A stretch of DNA of 64,000 nt. Origin: a virus. Positions 58,462-64,000 of this stretch are shown one piece after another (the stretch's first letter is position 1; each line of letters opens with the position of its first letter). A program made the position numbers and the translations under genes. Location: UHGV virus genome UHGV-0351052, one strand, 5' to 3'. Below the pieces are notes generated by a model. The model saw only the letters and a list, made by a program, of their open reading frames with translations, did no database searches and was not told where the DNA came from.

Positions 58462-58946
58462 TCAGTGATAAAGTTATTTAAATTTTGAGCATATTTCTTT
58501 TCATCATAAATCTTTTGCTGTCTGCGTAAACGCCATGGCATTTCAATGAACACACGCCATATTCCTGATAATACTGCTGCTGTAAAAATATTAACAAGTA
58601 TAGTTAAAAGAACCCAATCTCCTATTCTGTCCATTGGATTTTTTATAAAAAAGTAAAATACGAATGATGATATAGGAAGACTAATGATATACCATAGAAG
58701 AACCTTCTTATTTGTGAACCAATCAGCATTCGTTAACTTAGCGCGACCATTTTGAATACACACGAATTTATCATCTGTTACAGTAAATGGCTTAGCTGCT
58801 TGATATCCCATTCTAAACTCCCTAATTAATCGTTTCTTTGTATCTTCGGAACAACCATTCCAATCAACTCTATCAACTGAAATGCCATCATCCCCATCGT
58901 CTAAGTCATACCAGCGAGTTTTTAAAATCATCTGATTTTCCTGCAA
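58443..58946 (-). CDS. membrane protein, 167 aa
   Basis: two TM helices; C-terminal tail NFITECRKLK. Confidence 0.4.
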   Translation of the reverse strand: MQENQMILKTRWYDLDDGDDGISVDRVDWNGCSEDTKKRLIREFRMGYQAAKPFTVTDDKFVCIQNGRAKLTNADWFTNKKVLLWYIISLPISSFVFYFFIKNPMDRIGDWVLLTILVNIFTAAVLSGIWRVFIEMPWRLRRQQKIYDEKKYAQNLNNFITECRKLK

Positions 58947-59290
58947 TCACTCACAAACTCTTTCATTGATTCATTTTCAATATAAGACATGTAGTTGTTA
59001 TATTCTTTTAATTGTATTTTGTAATCTTTTTTTCTTTGCCAATTTATTTTAAAATTATCATAATGAAAATATAACATGGTACCAAAGAATGAAAATAATG
59101 AAATCGCTATAGTATAATGAAGTTCACTCCAAACTTCTATTATATTTACTGTGCCGTCAATGTTTAAAATAAGACAGTCAATTAACAATCCAAAAAGACT
59201 ACCCGCAAGAGCTGCAGCCAACGCCACAGCAAAAATTAAAAATGACTCAGGAAGCGAATATTTGGCTTTATTTAGTTTTGGCTTTTGCAT
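58928..59290 (-). CDS. membrane protein, 120 aa
   Basis: TM helices; C-terminal tail EFVSDCRKIR. Confidence 0.4.
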   Translation of the reverse strand: MQKPKLNKAKYSLPESFLIFAVALAAALAGSLFGLLIDCLILNIDGTVNIIEVWSELHYTIAISLFSFFGTMLYFHYDNFKINWQRKKDYKIQLKEYNNYMSYIENESMKEFVSDCRKIR

Positions 59291-59685
59291 CGTGATTCCT
59301 TAACAAATTTCATAATTTCATCAAATTCATACGCAGCAAGTTTAAGCTGATGTTCCTTTTTAATCTTTTTACACTGTGCTTTCCAATCACGTACGCGTTT
59401 ACGATAATGCCTTCCTTGATACCAGTATCCTACCCAATTTACAGGTACTAATAAAAGCGGAACTACTAATGGAAGAATTAATACTAACAGAAATATTACG
59501 CCAGATTCAATATCAGTCATAAAATCTATAATCATTCCAACAATCAATAGAATTACAAATGATATAGCTGTCACAGGACCTATTAACACATCAGTAGAAA
59601 TTATCTGACGCTTTAATTCATACTTCAACGGTTTACTTGGAAGATACATTGATGGCTTTGACATATTCTCTACATTCCTTAACAA
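59272..59685 (-). CDS. membrane protein (137 aa from first start; about 130 from ATG near 59664)
   Basis: TM helices; C-terminal tail KFVKESRCK. Confidence 0.4.
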   Translation of the reverse strand: MLRNVENMSKPSMYLPSKPLKYELKRQIISTDVLIGPVTAISFVILLIVGMIIDFMTDIESGVIFLLVLILPLVVPLLLVPVNWVGYWYQGRHYRKRVRDWKAQCKKIKKEHQLKLAAYEFDEIMKFVKESRCKSQN

Positions 59686-60241
59686 ATTTTTCTAATAATA
59701 AATCGCTTTCAAAATTGGGATTTTCTACGAATTTATCAAAAAGATCATCAACAATATTCAAGATATTCCTTTTACTAAGAATACGTTTATTTTCATGCTT
59801 CGTTTCAGAATCAACTATAAGAGTAAAGAAATATTTCTTGCCCTGAAATTTTACAGTAGTATCAATATAAAATAAATTTGACTTTTGTAAATTACGTTTA
59901 AACCATGCGTCACTTAAACTATAAACGCCAAGATAATCATAATCGTTGTTTAAATAACAGACCGTCCATTCAGGAGAAACAAAATCAGTAAATTCAACAT
60001 CAAAATCACACGTCAATAAATGAATTGATTCAATACTGTTAATAAGTATTCCAGGACGTATTAAAGACTTTTTACCTCTGGAAAATCTTCCAGAAAGACT
60101 TTCATTAGTTTCATATGAAGAACCCCAATAATAATTACGCCCTTCTGCCATACGTTTAAGAGCATTTAGTAATTGGTCTGGAACATCAACCTGTCTTTGG
60201 AACTCTTCAAACATTGAATTAAAATCACTTTGCATTTTCAT
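59633..60241 (-). CDS. hypothetical protein, 202 aa
   Basis: C-terminal tail EKFVKECREYV. Confidence 0.45.
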   Translation of the reverse strand: MKMQSDFNSMFEEFQRQVDVPDQLLNALKRMAEGRNYYWGSSYETNESLSGRFSRGKKSLIRPGILINSIESIHLLTCDFDVEFTDFVSPEWTVCYLNNDYDYLGVYSLSDAWFKRNLQKSNLFYIDTTVKFQGKKYFFTLIVDSETKHENKRILSKRNILNIVDDLFDKFVENPNFESDLLLEKFVKECREYVKAINVSSK

Positions 60242-60261
60242 TCCTACTTACTCCAAGTAAT

Positions 60262-60277
60262 AGGGGCCGAAGCCCCT
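60262..60277 (-). promoter_or_regulatory. UUCG-tetraloop hairpin
   Basis: AGGGGC-cgaa-GCCCCT between two ORFs. Confidence 0.4.
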
Positions 60278-60282
60278 TATCA

Positions 60283-60876
60283 TTATTTCAGAGAATTAAT
60301 ATATTCCTGAACATCGGCAGAGGTAGTTTCAACCCCAGAAATATTGCCATTAAAGGTTTCAACTCGGGCGAGAGTATCTTCAATATCAACCTTAGTCAGC
60401 GCTGCAATTTCAACTACATCATCAGCAGTACTAATTCCAAGGGCATTTGCTGCACGAGTTTCACGGATATATTCCAATTTAACTGCAAGTTCTTGACGAG
60501 CATCATCTAACTCAACTACTTTCTTAGCGATTTCAATTCGCATTTCAGCATAACCATCAGCTTTAGTAGTCAGCTGTTCAGCTGTTCGACGATATAGCAA
60601 GCCGAGTTTAGCATGCATTGTTACATCTTGACCTTCGGAAAGAAGCTTGCGAATTTCACGCTCTTTTGATTCGGCCTGCTTATTCTTTTCAATAACAAGT
60701 TCACGAATACGTTTTTCTTCATTAATAGATTTAACAGAAGCAGTTTTTAGATCTTTAATTTTATCAAGCAGTTTTGCTGCTGCGGCAGTATACTGTTCTT
60801 CAACAGATAGATTTTTAGCCATAGCAGAACTAAGTTTAGTGCGAATAAACTCAATAATTTTCTTCAGTGTGTTCAT
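60283..60876 (-). CDS. coiled-coil protein, 197 aa
   Basis: long heptad-like helices throughout; similarity to PspA-type proteins not verified. Confidence 0.45.
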   Translation of the reverse strand: MNTLKKIIEFIRTKLSSAMAKNLSVEEQYTAAAAKLLDKIKDLKTASVKSINEEKRIRELVIEKNKQAESKEREIRKLLSEGQDVTMHAKLGLLYRRTAEQLTTKADGYAEMRIEIAKKVVELDDARQELAVKLEYIRETRAANALGISTADDVVEIAALTKVDIEDTLARVETFNGNISGVETTSADVQEYINSLK

Positions 60877-60918
60877 AGTATTTCCTTAGGTTGATTAAAA
60901 ATTAAAATCTGTGGAAGA

Positions 60919-60948
60919 ATTATATCCCATTACTCGAGGGATGTAAAC
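60919..60948 (-). promoter_or_regulatory. T4-type early promoter (GTTTAC ... TATAAT)
   Basis: minus-strand GTTTAC 60948-60943, TATAAT 60924-60919. Confidence 0.45.
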
Positions 60949-61453
60949 TATTTTTAATTTTACAAATTCGTTCAGCTTCTTCAACAGCGGCAGTGATAAT
61001 GCTTTTAGCTATAGGAGTACTAATATTAGTAGCTTTTACACTTAACACGATTTCTTTATCTTTACCAGGCCAACCCCACGATTTTTCACCATGAGTGCCT
61101 TTAATTACAGCAGACACCTCAAGTGAGCATCCATTATCGCATGTTTTTACATTAACAACCCAAGTGTCACTTTTCTCAACCGGTTTATCCCAGTAAATAT
61201 TAAGAATACGTGGGACATCAAATTTAGCAGGGCAAATCTTAACAGTAAGACCTTCGCTTTCTAGCCAATTAATAAGAGGGCGTTCATACATGCGGAGATG
61301 TGGGCTTTGAACTCGACAAGCCTTGTACCCATTGCTTGCGGCTTCACTAAGCTCTTCTAATACCTGCTTTTGCATTATTGATAAGATACCATCAAAAGAT
61401 TTTTCGGAAGTTTCATTCAGTTCGGTATAAAGAGACATAACAGTTTTCCTCAA
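60920..61453 (-). CDS. hypothetical protein, 177 aa
   Basis: ORF-track ORF. Confidence 0.45.
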   Translation of the reverse strand: MRKTVMSLYTELNETSEKSFDGILSIMQKQVLEELSEAASNGYKACRVQSPHLRMYERPLINWLESEGLTVKICPAKFDVPRILNIYWDKPVEKSDTWVVNVKTCDNGCSLEVSAVIKGTHGEKSWGWPGKDKEIVLSVKATNISTPIAKSIITAAVEEAERICKIKNSLHPSSNGI

Positions 61454-61464
61454 ATTATAGGCTC

Positions 61465-61494
61465 ATAATATCTCAATCATGAGCCTATGTAAAC
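61465..61494 (-). promoter_or_regulatory. T4-type early promoter with inverted repeat in spacer
   Basis: minus-strand GTTTAC 61494-61489, -10 TATTAT 61470-61465; palindrome AGGCTCAT/ATGAGCCT spans spacer. Confidence 0.4.
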
Positions 61495-61758
61495 TTATTT
61501 CATATTATTGAAATATTCTTCTGCGATTTCGTCGTTATCATGGTAAACTTTAGAAGACAGTTTAACATAACCTTCTGCCGTGAACATATTAATCACAACC
61601 TTTACAGTATACCACTGACCGTCTTCATTACCCATTACTGCGTAAGTTTCAAACATCGGATGATCAGGACCGATAACTTTAATATCATTCACTGTACGAC
61701 CGAAATCTTCTGAAACGCATTTCATAAAGAAGTTGAACAGTTCGCCGTAATTATCCAT
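61495..61758 (-). CDS. hypothetical acidic protein, about 87 aa
   Basis: GGAGAA ribosome-binding site before ATG 61758; track start 61821 lies inside promoter. Confidence 0.4.
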   Translation of the reverse strand: MDNYGELFNFFMKCVSEDFGRTVNDIKVIGPDHPMFETYAVMGNEDGQWYTVKVVINMFTAEGYVKLSSKVYHDNDEIAEEYFNNMK

Positions 61759-61811
61759 TTCATTCTCCAAGTTGTTTTCTGTATCAGTAGTTGATAGTTG
61801 TATAGTACCAT
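61755..61811. repeat. conserved promoter-leader cassette, near-identical to 585-645
   Basis: attctccaagttgttttctgtatcagtagttgata shared with 585-630; leader also at 20136-20170 and 44245-44272. Confidence 0.6.
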
Positions 61812-61831
61812 GGAAGGACAAGGATGTAAAC
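61802..61831 (-). promoter_or_regulatory. T4-type early promoter cassette
   Basis: minus-strand GTTTAC 61831-61826, TGG+TACTAT 61810-61802. Confidence 0.5.
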
Positions 61832-61955
61832 CGTTTTGTGAAAAAAATTTTTAAAAAGTTTTAGGGAATTCTAGGGCAGGGAGGGGTAATTAAAAGATAG
61901 GATAATATATTATAAAGGGTAGAAACTAAATGATACCTAGAGAGGTCCAGAAAGG

Positions 61956-61982
61956 CCTAGATACCAAAAAGCCCCAACCTTT
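61956..61982 (-). terminator. intrinsic terminator at end of stable-RNA region
   Basis: minus-strand RNA GCCCCGACC-GAAA-GGUUGGGGC followed by UUUUU. Confidence 0.6.
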
Positions 61983-62300
61983 CGGTCGGGGCTAAGCCTT
62001 GCGGCAACCTTGTCGGGGTTCCACCTGCTAAGGCAAGTGTTTGTACGAAACGCCGGGATTCGAACCCGGTTATTAAGTAGTTGACGCTACTCAATATTTT
62101 TAAAAGGCCATATCTCGACTATATCCGAACGTTCCGTCAAAAACGCTACTCGGCTTACGGCAAAGATATTTCCTCGAATCGATAATTCGGTGCGCCGTTT
62201 CTGCTGTGATATAAGTGGACATTAGCAAAACATAAAGATTTATTAATGCCAGTCCTTAAACAGGGAACATCAGTCCGACGACTTACCGGTAGCGACCCGG
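61983..62300 (-). ncRNA. non-coding interval likely encoding small stable RNA(s), analogous to T4 species 1/2 RNAs
   Basis: about 320 bp with no ORF on either strand; contains tRNA-like T-arm GGTTCGAATCC; bounded by terminator. Confidence 0.3.
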
Positions 62301-62304
62301 TTTC

Positions 62305-62655
62305 TTAATATTCTTTTAAAGAATCAATATATTCACGGCGTTTACGCCACAAATCAATTGCTTCATACGCGGATTCAGCATTTCGAATTGGTCGGCATTT
62401 ATGTAAAGACTTATGATTTTGATATTGTGTAGATAACGGAATTGTATCTAAAAGGTCTTTACGATCAAAATATTCGTAACCATCTAAACCAAATGAACGA
62501 TTTTTAAGAAATTGCCAATGACCATATTCGTTTTCGACATAAACATAATCTGCATGCTGATAAAGCAAATTAATTACACGTTCAGAAATAACAGTATCAT
62601 TATGATTAAAATAGAATGTTAAATCATGAACTACTAAATAAACATTACCTTTCAT
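62305..62655 (-). CDS. hypothetical protein, 116 aa
   Basis: ATG 62655; ORF-track TTG start 62703 would overlap tRNA-Arg. Confidence 0.4.
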   Translation of the reverse strand: MKGNVYLVVHDLTFYFNHNDTVISERVINLLYQHADYVYVENEYGHWQFLKNRSFGLDGYEYFDRKDLLDTIPLSTQYQNHKSLHKCRPIRNAESAYEAIDLWRKRREYIDSLKEY

Positions 62656-62673
62656 ATTTTCCTCACTTATAAT

Positions 62674-62750
<77 letters not shown>

Positions 62751-62753
62751 TAA

Positions 62754-63419
62754 TTAAAATTTCATTTTTCGACCTTTAAACCATCCTTCTGGAATTGGGT
62801 CAGTTTTCTTAATACGTTTAGAAACTTTTTCATCTAATGAATGAATCCACATCATACCAAATTGGGAATTCTTTTCGCCCTGTTGATGTTTATTTCTGGC
62901 GTGAGATTCTTTCATTTTATTAATAGTTTCAGGAGTATGGGTCTTACCCAAGAAAGATTTAGTATTTAAAAATTTCTCTCTATACTTAGGATTATCCCAA
63001 AGCTGTTTAAACCTTTCTGAACCCATTTTACGATATTTTTCTTTAAGGTCTGGGTCGTTCTCAAATCTGGTTTTAAAAGCGGCAGCTCCTTTTAAAGAAG
63101 CTTCTTTCTTTTTATCCAAATATTCTTTAGTGTTTAAATGGTCCCAACCACCTTCACCACCTAATTTCAAATTATAAACATCAGAGCGCTTTAAAAACTC
63201 TTCAGTCACAATATTCTTTTCTGACTCAAACATAGAGGTTTTATCGTCAAAGAACTCTAATATTTCTTTAGAAAAATTTTCTATACCATACTTATCTTGG
63301 GCTCTTTTTAATAATTTACCAGAACCCATATATCCATCATCTAAATTTTCGGTAGAATGAGCGCCTATATAGATTTTATTATTAATTTTATTTGTTATTT
63401 TATAAATGTAATGGAACAT
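62754..63419 (-). CDS. segB: GIY-YIG homing endonuclease (SegB-like) within tRNA cluster
   Basis: 221 aa; GIY-YIG motif HYIYKITNKINNKIYIGA; location between tRNA genes as in T4 segB. Confidence 0.8.
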   Translation of the reverse strand: MFHYIYKITNKINNKIYIGAHSTENLDDGYMGSGKLLKRAQDKYGIENFSKEILEFFDDKTSMFESEKNIVTEEFLKRSDVYNLKLGGEGGWDHLNTKEYLDKKKEASLKGAAAFKTRFENDPDLKEKYRKMGSERFKQLWDNPKYREKFLNTKSFLGKTHTPETINKMKESHARNKHQQGEKNSQFGMMWIHSLDEKVSKRIKKTDPIPEGWFKGRKMKF

Positions 63420-63461
63420 AAATATCTCCTATTTCTAAGAGTATTTATGTTCTCAAAATAT

Positions 63462-63533
63462 GGCCCTGGGTGGAATTGAACCACCATCTGGCGATTATGA
63501 GTCGCTTGCTTGAACCTTCCAGCTACAGGGCCT
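63462..63533 (-). tRNA. tRNA-Ile (anticodon CAU, lysidine-type) or tRNA-Met
   Basis: acceptor GGCCCTG/CAGGGCC, anticodon loop CTCATAA, T-arm GGTGG-TTCAATT-CCACC; no encoded CCA. Confidence 0.6.
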
Positions 63534-63539
63534 TGATAT

Positions 63540-63612
63540 GCTGATTGACGGAATCGAACCGCCGACGTCCTCATTACAAGTGAGGTGCTCTACCTACTGA
63601 GCTAAATCAGCG
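63540..63612 (-). tRNA. tRNA-Thr (anticodon UGU)
   Basis: acceptor GCTGATT/AATCAGC, D-arm GCTC-AGTAGGTA-GAGC, anticodon loop CTTGTAA. Confidence 0.7.
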
Positions 63613-63619
63613 AAATTAC

Positions 63620-63706
63620 GGAGGCGATAGGATTTGAACCTATGAGTCGCCGGAGCGACTGCCGGTTTTCAAGACCGGTGCATTAAACCACTCTGCCACG
63701 CCTCCA
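63620..63706 (-). tRNA. tRNA-Ser (anticodon UGA), long variable arm
   Basis: acceptor GGAGGCG/CGCCTCC, anticodon loop CTTGAAA, 87 nt with extra arm. Confidence 0.7.
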
Positions 63707-63708
63707 GT

Positions 63709-63782
63709 CTCCGTGGCAGGATTTGAACCTACGACATTCTGCTCCCAAAGCAGACGCTCTACCAAACTGAGCTACACGGAGT
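63709..63782 (-). tRNA. tRNA-Pro (anticodon UGG)
   Basis: acceptor CTCCGTG/CACGGAG, anticodon loop TTTGGGA, T-loop TTCAAAT. Confidence 0.7.
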
Positions 63783-63793
63783 AAATTAAATTT

Positions 63794-63867
<74 letters not shown>

Positions 63868-63872
63868 AATTT

Positions 63873-63959
63873 GGTACGAGAAGTGGGACTCGAACCCACA
63901 AGGAAATCATTCCGCAGCATTTTAAGTGCTGTGCCTTTACCAATTTGACCATTCTCGCG
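63873..63959 (-). tRNA. tRNA-Leu (anticodon UAA), long variable arm, CCA encoded
   Basis: acceptor GCGAGAA/TTCTCGT, anticodon loop CTTAAAA, T-arm GTGGG-TTCGAGT-CCCAC. Confidence 0.7.
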
Positions 63960-63960
63960 C

Positions 63961-64000
63961 TGGGAATAAAGGACTCGAACCTTTGCATCTAGCAGTCAAA
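63961..64000 (-). tRNA. tRNA (probably Gln), 3-prime portion only; continues past window end
   Basis: T-arm AAAGG-TTCGAGT-CCTTT and acceptor 3-prime strand ATTCCCA; first tRNA of T4-type order is Gln. Confidence 0.4.

Noticed and set aside
60283-60876. Annotating the 197-aa coiled-coil protein as a PspA/IM30 homologue
   Set aside because: Similarity is only in general coiled-coil character; no specific motif could be confirmed by eye.

Overview
This window reads as a contiguous early/middle-gene segment of a T4-type (T-even, Tevenvirinae) bacteriophage genome, close to but not identical with T4: the lysozyme, Dda, thymidine kinase and NrdC products differ from the T4 proteins as I remember them by only a few residues. 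Almost every gene is on the minus strand, running from the tRNA cluster (high coordinates) down to a goF/cef/motB-type region (low coordinates). Recognisable products include the replication and recombination core (Dda, primase 61, helicase 41, UvsX, dCMP hydroxymethylase 42, DNA polymerase 43, clamp loader 62/44, clamp 45, 46/47 nuclease), nucleotide metabolism (56, Dam, alpha-glucosyltransferase, a GT-A glucosyltransferase in the beta-gt slot, NrdH/NrdG/NrdD, NrdC, Tk), late sigma 55, RegA, RegB, Soc, an ipIII-like internal protein, lysozyme e, NudE, SegB and eight tRNAs. Gene symbols are assigned from motifs plus synteny and size recalled from T4; no database search was possible. Relative to the T4 order, denV, ipII, a mobD-type endonuclease and the nrdD intron appear to be absent. 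Non-coding structure is dominated by a repeated early-promoter cassette (-35 GTTTAC, extended -10 TGGTAnnAT, conserved leader) and UUCG/GAAA-loop hairpins, several of which are intrinsic terminators. I did not find a clearly foreign multi-gene system. The most interesting candidates are single genes or small clusters in the hyperplastic intervals: a TARG1/DarG-type macrodomain ORF, a 54-aa ORF with an internal-protein capsid-targeting N-terminus inside the 61.1-dmd counter-defence cluster, a lone plus-strand small membrane ORF with a consensus ribosome-binding site between dam and 61, a nucleotidyltransferase-fold ORF next to a AAA-type ATPase, and a family of about 60-aa helical paralogues. 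Coordinates derived by hand (promoters, hairpins, tRNAs, ORFs under 60 aa) may be off by 1-2 nt.
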